A program made the translations under genes and the position numbers. Positions 20,001 through 28,844 of a DNA stretch of 64,000 bases are shown here, piece after piece; position 1 is the first letter of the stretch; each line of letters begins with the position of its first letter. The notes beneath the pieces were generated by a model. That model ran no database searches and was not told where the DNA came from. It saw only the letters and a program-made list of their open reading frames with translations. Source of the stretch: a virus; IMG/VR virus record IMGVR_UViG_3300015371_000006, positions 1 to 64,000 of that record; one strand, written 5' to 3'.

Positions 20001-21171
20001 TCATGTCCTCGACCAGGCCCTGCCCTTCGTCCGCGCCGGAGCCGAACAGCACCCGGACGAAGTTCCAGCTCGCCCGCAGCAGCCGCCACCACTCCGAGGT
20101 CTGTTGCACCAGGCCGTGAACGTCGTCCTGCAGCTGGCCCGCGTTCTCGGTCGCCTCCACCCAGCCGGAGGTGGTCTCGCTCATCCGCATGAACATCTTC
20201 TCCACGTCCGGCGCGACGGCGACGGCGATCCGCGCCAGGATCTGGCCCAGGTCGGCGGCGATGTCGGTCATGAACGGCAGCGTGCGCTCGGCGAGCGTCG
20301 TCATCCGGTTCCAGAAGCGGTCGAACTCGGGTGAGTCCAGGCGACCCAGCAGCTGGTCGACCGCGTCGTTGAACGCGCCCATGATCCGGTTCGCCGAGCC
20401 GCTGAAGAGGCCCAGGCGGCCCGCGATGAAGTCGAGCGCGGAGTTGGCCGCGCCGAACATGGCGCGCTGGCCTGGCTTGATCGCGTTCATCCAGTTCTCG
20501 CGCAGCGAGGTCGTGCGGCCCAGCAGGCCCATCGCCGGACCGACGGCCAGGCCCTGGCTGCGCATCTGTTGCTGCACGCGGTGCAGCTCCTTGGCGGCGT
20601 CCTTGGCCTCGCGGCTCGACGCGCCGTACTGTTGCTGGGCCTGGGTCAGCCCAGCGAAGCTCGTCTTCAGCTCGCCCAGGGAGCTGACCGTGGGCGCGAT
20701 CACCGAGACCAGTCCCGTCAGCGCCACGATCCCCGCGCCGCCGATGGCGGCACCCAGCGCTCCCACTCCCGCCGCCGCCGCGCCCAGCGAGCCCACGAGC
20801 GCGCCGAGCGCGCCTCCCAGGTCAATGATGTAGGGCAGCGCGACGGTGACGGCCGCGACCATGAAGCGCAGCCGTCCGGTAAACAGGTTCAGGGAGTTGG
20901 CCGAGCGGTCCGAGGAGTCGCCGACGTTCGTGATCTGGTCGGAGACACGGCTCATCGTCCGGTCGGTGTCGGTGCCCTGGCGGTCGAGGTCGCGCAGCTT
21001 GCGGTCGGTGTCCTCCATCTGGCGGATCTGCTTGTTCGTCCCGATGTCGTCGAGCGAATCGCCCGCCCCTCGGATCGCCAGGTCGGTGCGCTCGGCCTGC
21101 TCCTGCATGCGGCGCATCGGACCGGAGGCCCGGTCGATGATCTGGAAGATGCCGGTGACTGTTGCGGCCAC
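17002..21171 (-). CDS. Tape measure protein with C-terminal peptidase and lytic transglycosylase domains
   Basis: 1389 aa, helical and Ala/Gly-rich, after the chaperones; HASGSLHYSGLAYD...HSDHVH (M15-like) and AKGESG...YGLWAI...NARAA (SLT-like). Confidence 0.9.
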   Translation of the reverse strand: MAATVTGIFQIIDRASGPMRRMQEQAERTDLAIRGAGDSLDDIGTNKQIRQMEDTDRKLRDLDRQGTDTDRTMSRVSDQITNVGDSSDRSANSLNLFTGRLRFMVAAVTVALPYIIDLGGALGALVGSLGAAAAGVGALGAAIGGAGIVALTGLVSVIAPTVSSLGELKTSFAGLTQAQQQYGASSREAKDAAKELHRVQQQMRSQGLAVGPAMGLLGRTTSLRENWMNAIKPGQRAMFGAANSALDFIAGRLGLFSGSANRIMGAFNDAVDQLLGRLDSPEFDRFWNRMTTLAERTLPFMTDIAADLGQILARIAVAVAPDVEKMFMRMSETTSGWVEATENAGQLQDDVHGLVQQTSEWWRLLRASWNFVRVLFGSGADEGQGLVEDMTNKIREGTRWMRQNPEEMNRFWRTSVEGAKDLARLFGDLAPVVMDVADAMRPISRAIGDIVHFIASINIGNINALTAMLAAFTFSKMRGGALPLPLMLGGGRRGAAAAGQASPGAGAAPLLLGGGAVAGRAGGVLPGLRMGAARLGATLSMPGGVGAAARSLPGGLLRGGAMAGGAAARLLGPIGLAITGLSALSGASQTEGDWRRKAAGGVSAATLGIIPAPPTYEELNQQGYTKGQELLAQSREGIPQGGGQYAMLAKESIRATLMLANYRKAMAAADEDDREALKGGLIATKERLAVIKQMQAAISDQKAQDAWKDIFGAFDIRRDEQGAGKAFTAMINDVTGEMKKLPVDAADTVAQTSLNMARKAAEKNPKLRDEYRELVSGIEDRFKRMGENVEIVNGRIYRGSEASWKNIGKAISSRMWDAASEVKGASTQIEQYVLNQLQGMGYTASEARKFMNLQQGGADPASIMGTHHNLDPHYTSPGGMTAGGGNKARGGRAGYAGGGRIPGVGHRDTVGVGGGEYAAPGELYVNRHTEADVDTMLGAKGALGRMVAGEHTPHSAIPAAGGRIRERNAAYGMRYARGGRRGRGAAQGIQAAGALAQSMGLAVGEGPPPYGGGVPSSGHASGSLHYSGLAYDVSGSPTLMDAYWRRAQSAFSGSINELFYDPEPYYIDEGQRVPGSIGGHSDHVHIGFFPGGAGGAAIAGIGGAIRAATPKALRVKAPGSKLRGAPGAMSNAGSRAMAAGMQAAVNKKLGAGGLAVRGASAGRVPAQFQRYNHSYQMHMAPDFSGETLPFNTVASIAEWAGLPGVTFAQIAKGESGMRPGSAGTDPGGTHGYGLWAITDGFNDELIARLGGVQAMLNPLINARAAKEIYSSQGIGAWYGTRYLTGSNIHFGGAGKGLATGGRAGFAGWFGDGGSFTANRPTLLGVGEKGRETVTVTKGGGGMGGVSIGQIHITNNRDGDIKNQLKREIHAAFGELAREMDGVGNHDGVV

Positions 21172-21247
21172 GGGTCAGAGCCCCCCGCCTGGCCGTCGGA
21201 CAGCGCCTCTGAGCGGATCTCTCCACTCAGAGGGCCGTCCGGTCGGC

Positions 21248-21601
21248 TTAGCCTGTTCGCGGGTCAGAACGCCGCACGCGGCCTCCGGCTGCCTTCGCGT
21301 CCATCTCGCGTAGGCCGACCGAGAACCCGTAGAGCAGGGACCGCAGGCGGCGCGGGTGCGATGGCAGCGTCGGCTCGCCTGGTGTCGCCCTCGGGATCTC
21401 GACGTAGCCGCGCCATTGGCACAGCGCGCAGGGCTCCATGTTCCCTGAGCGTCGGGTCGCGTAGCACGCCGGGCACTCCTGGCGGTCGGTGAGCGGCCGG
21501 TACTCGCTGTCGAGAGAGTTGTAGAGCTGGAACGGGTCAGCACCATTTCTCCAGGCCATCGCAAGCAGGGCGGCCTCGCCTCCCGCCCTTACGAGTTTCC
21601 C
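21248..21601 (-). CDS. Tail assembly chaperone -1 frameshift extension (gpGT-like)
   Basis: The -1 frame from GGGAAAC reads KLVRAGGEAALLAMAWRNG... and stays open to 21248. Confidence 0.78.
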   Translation of the reverse strand, partial: GKLVRAGGEAALLAMAWRNGADPFQLYNSLDSEYRPLTDRQECPACYATRRSGNMEPCALCQWRGYVEIPRATPGEPTLPSHPRRLRSLLYGFSVGLREMDAKAAGGRVRRSDPRTG

Positions 21602-22185
21602 GCCGCAGCGACCTGCTCGACTTCCTGCACGTCGTCATCGTCGAAGCCGCTCAGGCTCATGATGTGTCCCGCGATCTGCGCGATGAAGCCGGGCTTCTTC
21701 TGGAACCGGATGCGCACGCACTCGACGGGATCGAGCGGACCCGTCTTCGCCTCGTGCATCCGTCGCGCTGCCTCCTGCAGGTCGGGATCGACCGTTCCGG
21801 CGGCGACCACCTCCAGGTTGACGCGGTACTCGTCGACGCTGCCGGTGCGCCGGGCCGCGCGGCTCTGCGTCGCGCGCTGGCGGATCGCCCGCATCGTTTC
21901 CATCGAGACCGGGCAGATCGTCCAGGTGATCCACTTCGGCGTCTCGTCGGTGCCGAAGTTCAGCTTCAGCGGCTTGGTCTCGGGGGCTTCGTCCTCGTCG
22001 ATACCGACGAACCACTCCAGGGCGTCGGTCTGCGCCTGCGGCGTCAGCTTCTCAGCGTCCTCCGGCTTGACGGTGGCGGCGGCCTTGACTGCGGCCTTCT
22101 TGTCGCCGGGCTCGCCTACGGGATCGTCGGCGTTGCCAGCCGCTTCACGGAGCGGCTGCCCCGACAGGGTGCTCTCTGGTGCCAT
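21589..22185 (-). CDS. Tail assembly chaperone (gpG/XkdN-like)
   Basis: Between tube and tape measure; GTVDPDL and IMSLSGF motifs; slippery site at end. Confidence 0.82.
   Translation of the reverse strand: MAPESTLSGQPLREAAGNADDPVGEPGDKKAAVKAAATVKPEDAEKLTPQAQTDALEWFVGIDEDEAPETKPLKLNFGTDETPKWITWTICPVSMETMRAIRQRATQSRAARRTGSVDEYRVNLEVVAAGTVDPDLQEAARRMHEAKTGPLDPVECVRIRFQKKPGFIAQIAGHIMSLSGFDDDDVQEVEQVAAAGNS
21595..21601 (-). other. -1 ribosomal slippery heptamer G GGA AAC
   Basis: X XXY YYZ in the correct phase one sense codon before the chaperone stop; -1 frame joins the downstream ORF. Confidence 0.85.
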
Positions 22186-22423
22186 TGCTTGCCTCCTCGG
22201 CAGCTAGTGGGGGTGTCTGTCCGGGCATGCCGTCCGTCCTCGCGGGACGGTCCGTAGTGGCCCTTGTTGAACGTGGTGCGGGTACAGCTTCGGTGTCGTG
22301 GTCGAGCATGCACTCGACCTCCAGCCGCGCCATCGCGGCGTGTAGGTCGCGCTGCCCGTGACTCCGCTTCTCGTCGATGTGCGCCTTGAGGTGGAGCCAC
22401 GCGCGCTCGTAGTCCACGAGCAC
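22145..22423 (-). CDS. Hypothetical protein
   Basis: Fills the gap between tube and chaperone; N-terminal half looks globular. Confidence 0.45.
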   Translation of the reverse strand: MLVDYERAWLHLKAHIDEKRSHGQRDLHAAMARLEVECMLDHDTEAVPAPRSTRATTDRPARTDGMPGQTPPLAAEEASNGTREHPVGAAAP

Positions 22424-22432
22424 GGCTCAGCC

Positions 22433-22996
22433 TCAGCGACCCGACGGGTTCTGCGTCGTGTAGGGGTAGGTGATCGCCGGGAGCTTCGTGACCGGGTTGG
22501 TCTGCCCCGTGCGGACGAAGGCCTCGATGGGCTTCTCGTTCTCGTAGGTGAACGGGAACTCCAGGTCGCGGATGTCGTCGCCGATGTTGAAGCCGAGCGG
22601 CAGTCGCCACAGCAGGCAGCCGTCGAGCTGCCAGCGCTCGACGCCGAGGGCCTCGGGATCGTCGTAGCCGACCAGCAGGCTGAAGGGCCGCAGGACGCTG
22701 TTCTCGGTCCCGCGCATCGCTCGGCGCTCCTCCAGCGTCGTCGATACGAAGCGGTAGACCTCCAGCTCCCACTTGGAGTCGATCTTCTGGCAGCGGAAGG
22801 TGCCCTCTCGCGTGATCCGGCCGGGCTTGTAGCCCTGCTTGCCGGTGCCGACGATGGGGACTTCGATCCGGTTGACCTCGGCGGTGGCCGTGACCTCGGT
22901 GACCTCGGCGAGCAGGTTGCCTGCCAGGTCGCGGGCCTCTCCCCACATGCCGCTGATGCGGAAGAGCCCCTCGTTGTTGATCAGTGGGGAAGGCAT
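22433..22996 (-). CDS. Tail tube protein (XkdM-like)
   Basis: ISGMWGE, EGTF..KIDS, DDPEALG.ER, EFPFT; directly after sheath. Confidence 0.85.
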   Translation of the reverse strand: MPSPLINNEGLFRISGMWGEARDLAGNLLAEVTEVTATAEVNRIEVPIVGTGKQGYKPGRITREGTFRCQKIDSKWELEVYRFVSTTLEERRAMRGTENSVLRPFSLLVGYDDPEALGVERWQLDGCLLWRLPLGFNIGDDIRDLEFPFTYENEKPIEAFVRTGQTNPVTKLPAITYPYTTQNPSGR

Positions 22997-23025
22997 CTCT
23001 TAGCTCTCCTAGTTCGTCGTTGGCC

Positions 23026-24501
23026 CTAGCCGACGCTGACCGTGAAGTAGACCTGCTCCAGGGAGCGGGCGAACGACACGGTGATCGCGAGGGCGATGAA
23101 CTCGTCTTCGGGGGTTGGCGGTGGATCTTGGTCGATGCTGACCGACCAACCCGACTGGATCGAACCCGACGCCTCGCGCTCGGTGAGCCGGGACTTGACC
23201 TCGGCGATGAGCGCGGTGCGAGTGGCTTCGTTGATGGGCCGCTGGCCGATGATGTTCTCCTCGGCCCAGCGGGTCAGGTCTGCCCCGATGCCGTGCATCG
23301 TGGCGACGTACTTCGGCTGACGGTAGATCAGGTACGGCTTCGACGCATCCGCGTCGGCGTCGCTCGACGTCCAGGTGGTGAGCCCGGTCTTGACGTGGAC
23401 CGGCGCGGTCGCGTGCGAGTCGCGCGCCAGGACGACGACGCCCTCATCGAAGGCGGTCTCCAGGTCGCTGACCGTGGCCCCGACGACGATCTCGACTCCG
23501 GCGAGCCGCGCGTGCGTGAGGCTCTGATGCTCTCCGCGTGCCGCAAGGATGCCCGCGATCCGTGGCGCGAGCTGGGCGGTGCCGATGTCCAGCTCGGTGC
23601 GGTCGGCCCCCAGGTCGAGGTCGCGGATGGTGCCGACGCCCACGTTGATGATGTTCGGCGAGGCGAGCGTGCCCGAGCGGGTGGCCGCCGTGCTGACCGA
23701 CTCCCCGGCGGCCCCGCCGACGACGAGCGTGTGGTACTTGCCCGCGTCGTTGAGGTCATCGGTCCAGGCCGCGAAGGAGGCCAGGATGCCGGAGTCGGTG
23801 AGGTTGTACGGGGCGACGACACCGAAGGGCTCGACTTCGAACGCGGTCATCGCGGCGGTGTAGTCGGCGGCGAGCAGCGTGGTTCCGTCGTTTCCTCCGG
23901 TGAACGCCTGCGAGGCAACCGCCGTCAGCGCGGTGCCCGAGGTGATCGCGCCCGTGTAGTCGACCCAGTCACTGAACTCGCGGATGTCGGCGGCCAGCGT
24001 GGTGATGTCGGTCTGCACGTACTGGTAGCGCTCCAGCAGGACCGCGCCGTCGTAGATCAGCAGCTCGTCGCTCCCGGCCGTGGCCGAGTCCTGCACGGTG
24101 ACCCGAAGGTCGTCGCCGCGCGTGCCCTCGTAGCGCGCCTGCAGCGTGATCGCTGTCGTCGTGCCGTTGGACAGCGCCTTGGTCGACTTCGCCGCAGCGG
24201 AGCCGCCCATGCGGAAGCTGAGCACCTCGCCCGCCCCGCCCTGGCCCACGAGGCCGGAGCCTTCGAACGCCTGGCGGACGGCACGGTAGCCGTCGGTGTC
24301 GTCGGCGTTGCCGTAGATCGCCTGCCACTCGGCGAAGCTTCCCGTCCGCGAGACCTCTTCGAAGGGGCCCCAGTCGTGCGTGAAGGGGATCGCCACGATG
24401 GAGCCGGGGTTGACCGGCACCGGGACGACGGCCCTGGCCTCGAAGTTGAAGTACGCGCCCGGCAGCTTCGGGCGACTTGACTTGCTGAAGATGCCAGCCA
24501 T
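23026..24501 (-). CDS. Tail sheath protein
   Basis: KLPGAYFNF, DWGP, ARYEGTRGD, SLT, C-terminal LEQVYFTVSV. Confidence 0.93.
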   Translation of the reverse strand: MAGIFSKSSRPKLPGAYFNFEARAVVPVPVNPGSIVAIPFTHDWGPFEEVSRTGSFAEWQAIYGNADDTDGYRAVRQAFEGSGLVGQGGAGEVLSFRMGGSAAAKSTKALSNGTTTAITLQARYEGTRGDDLRVTVQDSATAGSDELLIYDGAVLLERYQYVQTDITTLAADIREFSDWVDYTGAITSGTALTAVASQAFTGGNDGTTLLAADYTAAMTAFEVEPFGVVAPYNLTDSGILASFAAWTDDLNDAGKYHTLVVGGAAGESVSTAATRSGTLASPNIINVGVGTIRDLDLGADRTELDIGTAQLAPRIAGILAARGEHQSLTHARLAGVEIVVGATVSDLETAFDEGVVVLARDSHATAPVHVKTGLTTWTSSDADADASKPYLIYRQPKYVATMHGIGADLTRWAEENIIGQRPINEATRTALIAEVKSRLTEREASGSIQSGWSVSIDQDPPPTPEDEFIALAITVSFARSLEQVYFTVSVG

Positions 24502-24503
24502 GT

Positions 24504-24767
24504 TCAGGCCTCCTTGTCGGGCTCGTCGGTCTTCACGTCACGGTTGAGGAACTTCTCGACGGCGCTCTTGGCCTGGTCGGCCGTCAGCGGGTTGTCGCCA
24601 CCCTTGTCAGCGAGGGCACCGGCCACGACGTGGCGCGGGTGGCCCGTGATGGCGAGCGACTCGTCGAGCAGACGCTCGCGGCTGAACTTGTCGCTGGCGG
24701 CGGGCTCGTCGACGTAGGCCTGATCGGCCTCTGCCTTCGACGCTGCCTTGCTCTTCGACTCTGCCAC
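24504..24767 (-). CDS. Small protein preceding sheath (YqzN/YkzM-like)
   Basis: FSRERLL, VVAGAL, AKSAVEKFL; AAGGAG RBS. Confidence 0.55.
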   Translation of the reverse strand: MAESKSKAASKAEADQAYVDEPAASDKFSRERLLDESLAITGHPRHVVAGALADKGGDNPLTADQAKSAVEKFLNRDVKTDEPDKEA

Positions 24768-24854
24768 CTGGTTCTCCTTCAGCTTTCTCGGGTGCGTGAC
24801 CCTTGTCTTGCCCGACGGTAACAGCGGTTAGGGCACGCAGCCCAAGTGGACTTT

Positions 24855-25394
24855 TCAGGGGGCGTCGAAGCCGACCGTCAAGCGCTCGGCCGTGACGCCG
24901 CCCTGATCGGGCTCGCCGACCCGTCGCCAGGCCAGGCGCAGGTCGCAGGTGACGGTGAACAGCAGCTCCTCGGTCGGGTTCTGCACCCGCTGCACCGAGC
25001 AGTCTCGGACCCGCAGGTAGTCCGGGTAGGAGCGGGCGTCGGTGCCCTCGTCCCACGCCACGTCCTCGTAGTCGAACAGGGGGATGCGACAGGCGTGTCC
25101 GCCCGCCAGGCCGATGCGGAAGGCGTCGGTCATCGTGTTCTCGACCACAGCGGCGAGCCCCAGCGATTCCTGCACCGATTCGCCGGGCTCGGGGAAGACG
25201 TGGACGCTGAAGCTCTGCAGGTTGTCGATGGTGTGGCGGGGGCCGGTCAGGTCGTTGGCGGTCGTGTCCATGACCTGGGCCGCCGGGCGCTTGAAGGTGC
25301 CCTGCTCGGTCAGCAGGCGGACCTCGTAATCGTCGCCCAGCGCGATGGCGACGTAGCGCTTCAGGGAGCGGATGGCATCGAGCGACGTTCTCAT
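24855..25394 (-). CDS. Tail terminator/completion protein
   Basis: True start MRTSLD; lies between gp10-like gene and sheath. Confidence 0.6.
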   Translation of the reverse strand: MRTSLDAIRSLKRYVAIALGDDYEVRLLTEQGTFKRPAAQVMDTTANDLTGPRHTIDNLQSFSVHVFPEPGESVQESLGLAAVVENTMTDAFRIGLAGGHACRIPLFDYEDVAWDEGTDARSYPDYLRVRDCSVQRVQNPTEELLFTVTCDLRLAWRRVGEPDQGGVTAERLTVGFDAP

Positions 25395-25900
25395 GTCAGC
25401 GTCGCCCAGGGGTTCTGTCGTTCGACCTCGCGGGTCCAGTTGCGCATCACGGGCCGCACGAGGCGCTCCCACGTCGCCTCCAGCCAGTTGGCGCTGATCT
25501 CCAGCATGTGATTGCCCGGCGAGCCGGGGTGCATGACGTAGGAGGCGAAGCGGTCCTGGCCGGTGGCGCGGTCCACCCAATGCAGCGTGCCGCCGGGCGT
25601 CTTCGGGACGATCAGGTACTTGCGGTGCTCGGGGCCGTAGAGGCCGGTGCCGTCGTTGACGTAGGCCGCGTAGTCGGTGTCGTTGTACCACTCTGCCTGC
25701 CAGCCCAGGCCGATGAAGGTCATCGTCCTGACCGCCCGCGAGGTCTGCCAGTTGTCGCGCAGGTCGCCCGTGTCGACCGGGGTGTTCGTCGCCGCGATCT
25801 CGGCGGCCTCGGTGACGCCGACGCGGATCATGTTGCGGATCGCGCGCGGGTTCGGATCGCTGTCGAACCAGGGGGCCAGCTTGCCGCCGATGTACGCCAT
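25391..25900 (-). CDS. HK97 gp10-family neck protein
   Basis: TPVDTGDLRDNW, YAAYVNDGTG, VMHPG. Confidence 0.85.
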   Translation of the reverse strand: MAYIGGKLAPWFDSDPNPRAIRNMIRVGVTEAAEIAATNTPVDTGDLRDNWQTSRAVRTMTFIGLGWQAEWYNDTDYAAYVNDGTGLYGPEHRKYLIVPKTPGGTLHWVDRATGQDRFASYVMHPGSPGNHMLEISANWLEATWERLVRPVMRNWTREVERQNPWATLT

Positions 25901-26286
25901 CAGAGCCCCGCCGCATCCAGCTCGTCGAGGCGCTTCAGGGTCGCCGTCCAGCAGATCACCCGGCGGCGCTTTCGGCCTGGCTGCACGTCGCCCTGCACCT
26001 CGTAGTTGTGCGTGCCCAGCTGCTCTGACTCGACCCGCAGGCGGTCGGACGCCTTGATCTCGACCGGGTTGCCCTCGGCGTCGTTGCGCAGCAGCAGCAG
26101 GGTCGGCGTCGGCTCGGTGAACACCCGCCCGTCCTCGCGGCGCTCGCCCGGCTGGTTGAGGGTCAGGCGCGCGCGGATGACCGGGCTTTCGGACGGCGCG
26201 AAGACCGTGGTGCCCTCCACCTTGCGCCCGTCGGCCTGCTTTCGCAGGATGTAGGCCCGGTCGACCAGTGCCGATCCCAGCGCCAT
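25900..26286 (-). CDS. Head closure (stopper) protein
   Basis: Position, size and beta-rich pattern (IKASDRLRV, YEVQG). Confidence 0.6.
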   Translation of the reverse strand: MALGSALVDRAYILRKQADGRKVEGTTVFAPSESPVIRARLTLNQPGERREDGRVFTEPTPTLLLLRNDAEGNPVEIKASDRLRVESEQLGTHNYEVQGDVQPGRKRRRVICWTATLKRLDELDAAGL

Positions 26287-26289
26287 CGG

Positions 26290-26811
26290 CTACTCCAGCA
26301 GGTAGGGGTAGTCGCCGGGCAGCCCTGCTTGCCCCGGCCGGTCGTCGGAGTGTCGCCAGTCCACCTCGGTGACGGCGAACGCCGGGGCGTTCTGCACGTT
26401 CCAGGTGTCGAGCCACTCGTCCTTCTTGTCGTCGGTCGCCAGGTTCCACAGCAGGTCGTGCAGCAGCGGCCAGGGGTGGATCATCTGCGCCTTGCGCGCG
26501 TCCTCGGCGGCCCGACGGTTCTCGCTGTAGCCGGTCACCGAGAAGCTGACGATCAGATCGAAGTCAGCGGCCGTCTCGATGATGTCGGCCTGGCTGCGGT
26601 AGGCGGTGTGCTCGACCCAGCGCTGGACCGCCTCGGCGGCCAGCGGCTCCAGGGACGTATCGATGGTGTCCAGCTCCTGGCCGGTGACCAGCTCTGTGAA
26701 GGCCACGGCGCGGTCGATCAGCAGTTGCATCTGCTCGGTCGTGGTATAGCCGAGCGAGTCGAAGTCGACCTGGCTCCACTCCTCGATGTCAGCGGGGGTC
26801 GGGATGTCCAT
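26290..26811 (-). CDS. Head-tail adaptor
   Basis: Start MDIPTP; LLIDRA..F...TG and SFSVTGYSE; first neck gene after capsid. Confidence 0.6.
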   Translation of the reverse strand: MDIPTPADIEEWSQVDFDSLGYTTTEQMQLLIDRAVAFTELVTGQELDTIDTSLEPLAAEAVQRWVEHTAYRSQADIIETAADFDLIVSFSVTGYSENRRAAEDARKAQMIHPWPLLHDLLWNLATDDKKDEWLDTWNVQNAPAFAVTEVDWRHSDDRPGQAGLPGDYPYLLE

Positions 26812-26840
26812 CGCTCTCCATTGTGCCCCCTGAAACGGCC

Positions 26841-27191
26841 TTACCCCGGTTTCAACCGGCTCCAGACCTCCCTCCACTCACGGGCGTGCTCCAGGCGGTG
26901 GCAGTTCGCGCACAGCGTTTCCAGATTCTCCGGGCGGTTGTTTCGGCGGTTGCGATCACGGTGATGCAGTTCCAGCTGCACCTCGTCCACCGGCTCAAAC
27001 CCACATCGGTCGCAGGTGTCGGAGCGAAGTCTCGGCACAGGCGACCCGTTCCCAGGCCCGCAGCGCCAACGCGGGGTGCCGTCAGCGCCTCTCCGCTTCA
27101 GCCAAATGTGGACCCGCTCTCCGCAGCCCTCGCAATAGGCGGTCCTGCCCTCGGGGTCGACCTCGCGCAGCCGGTGCTTCCACTTCCCCAC
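26841..27191 (-). CDS. HNH endonuclease (start approximate)
   Basis: CDRCG...LELHHRDRNRRNNRPENLETLCANCHRLEH. Confidence 0.85.
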   Translation of the reverse strand: MGKWKHRLREVDPEGRTAYCEGCGERVHIWLKRRGADGTPRWRCGPGNGSPVPRLRSDTCDRCGFEPVDEVQLELHHRDRNRRNNRPENLETLCANCHRLEHAREWREVWSRLKPG

Positions 27192-27221
27192 GCGACCAAC
27201 ACACCAGGCCCCTCGGACGGC

Positions 27222-27251
27222 GAAGGGCTGGGTTTTTACACCCAGCCCTTC
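27222..27251 (-). terminator. 12-bp hairpin, probable terminator of the capsid transcript
   Basis: gaagggctgggt-ttttac-acccagcccttc. Confidence 0.7.
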
Positions 27252-27276
27252 TGACCGTTCAGACGGAGGACTCCGT

Positions 27277-27687
27277 CTAGGACTTCTTGCTCGACGCCTT
27301 CTTCTTCGGGGCCTCGGCCTCCGGGTCAGCGGCCTTGGCCGCCTCCTTCTCGGCGGTCGATGCCGCCTTGCCGACGCTGTCCGCGAGGATCGCGCCCTTC
27401 TCGACGCGGCCCCCGTTGTCGTGGTCGACGTAGCTGTAGACGACGGTGTCGCCACGGACGGTGTAGCCGAGGAGGTCATCCCCGTCCACTCCGGCCGACT
27501 TGGCGACGTCCGCCTCCTTCAGCTCCTCGGTCGCCTCGGCGTCGACCTGCTTGAGCTGGGCCGCCCCGAGCAGCCCAGCGAAGCGGGTCCGGTTCGCCTG
27601 GATCAGATCCTCGGCGCGGCCGGTTCCCTGGCCGAACTTGTCGGCCAGCTCGTTGAGTGCGTTCTGAGCGTCGTTTCCTGCGGGCAT
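27277..27687 (-). CDS. Hypothetical protein after major capsid
   Basis: AGGAGG RBS; GC-biased codons; Lys/Ala-rich tail. Confidence 0.7.
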   Translation of the reverse strand: MPAGNDAQNALNELADKFGQGTGRAEDLIQANRTRFAGLLGAAQLKQVDAEATEELKEADVAKSAGVDGDDLLGYTVRGDTVVYSYVDHDNGGRVEKGAILADSVGKAASTAEKEAAKAADPEAEAPKKKASSKKS

Positions 27688-27729
27688 GTTGGATCGCCTC
27701 CTAGTCGAAGTTCGTCATCCAGCCTATGG

Positions 27730-28806
27730 CTAGGTGACGACGCTCCGGTAGGCCCCGAGGGGATCGACGGTCCCGGTCCCGAAGTCGAACCGCACCTTGA
27801 AGTCGACGCTGTCGACCTCCCAGGTGTACGGATCGTTGCCGCCGCCGCCGCTGACACGGGCCTCCGGGTTCTTGAGCAGCACCTGCGGCTCTTCGCGCCC
27901 GTTGAGGAATCCGATGGCGAATGCGGGGACGTCGTTCGGGTCCGCGAGCAGGTACCAGTTGTTCGCGTCCGACCAGAACGGATCGCGGACGACTGCGTCG
28001 CCGGGCAGGATGCCCTGCAGCGGGTTGTCCGTGCCCTTGTCGAAGATGTTCGCCCCGGCACCAGCGGCCTGCGCGATGGTGGCCGTGGCCCCCGTCAGCT
28101 GGCTGTTGATGATCCGGTTGGCGATCAGCTCCATGCGCACGTTCTGAACGGCGAGCGTGCGGGGGCGGACCGTGATCCGACGACCGTCGGAGTCGAGTCG
28201 GTTCTCCATCGTCGAGATGGCATCGGCGAGCGCGTCCTCTGAGAGGGCGGCCGTGCCGGTGTTCCCGTGGTTGGAGTGGAACAGGGCCGTGCCGTCAGGC
28301 GCGGTCGGGTTCGACTCGATGAACGCGATGATCGCCTCGGTCACGAAGTTGCCCGCTTCGAACCCCATCTCCTCGGGGTTGTCGCGGAGCAGCGCTCCGT
28401 TCTCGTCGTTGATCGCCGCCTGACGAGTGACGCTGTAGACGCCCCCGTAGGTGTCGATCTGCAGCGAGGCCGAGGGACGCTCGGTCCGACGCATCTCCGG
28501 GTACTCGCCCTGGTCGCCGACGTATCCGATCCCTCGGATGCCGTTCAGCCCCTTGATCCGGCGAGCGCGGAAGTCGTTGAGCGACTCCACCCTGCCGTAG
28601 CGGCGGTACTGCGGCTGGACGCGCGTGTAGCCCTTGTAGAGCGACGTGCTGATCGGCCCGTAGAGGAAGGACGGGAAGTCCGCCTTGCTCATGGCCTCTT
28701 GGAGGCTCAGGCCAGCGGCCTCGCCCTCCCTGACCTTCTCGTCGCGCCAGTCGATGAACGCCTCGTAGAGCATGACCGGGCGACCGATGTCTCCGTATCT
28801 GGACAC
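27730..28806 (-). CDS. Major capsid protein (Mu gpT-like, HK97 fold)
   Basis: DFPSFL, LNDFR, TYGGVYSVTRQAAINDE, DGTALFHSNHGN, FLNGREEP, FKVRFDFG..DP.GAY. Confidence 0.92.
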   Translation of the reverse strand: MSRYGDIGRPVMLYEAFIDWRDEKVREGEAAGLSLQEAMSKADFPSFLYGPISTSLYKGYTRVQPQYRRYGRVESLNDFRARRIKGLNGIRGIGYVGDQGEYPEMRRTERPSASLQIDTYGGVYSVTRQAAINDENGALLRDNPEEMGFEAGNFVTEAIIAFIESNPTAPDGTALFHSNHGNTGTAALSEDALADAISTMENRLDSDGRRITVRPRTLAVQNVRMELIANRIINSQLTGATATIAQAAGAGANIFDKGTDNPLQGILPGDAVVRDPFWSDANNWYLLADPNDVPAFAIGFLNGREEPQVLLKNPEARVSGGGGNDPYTWEVDSVDFKVRFDFGTGTVDPLGAYRSVVT

Positions 28807-28844
28807 TGTGATCGTCTCCTAGTTCTTCGCGGTTGCCTGGTTGC

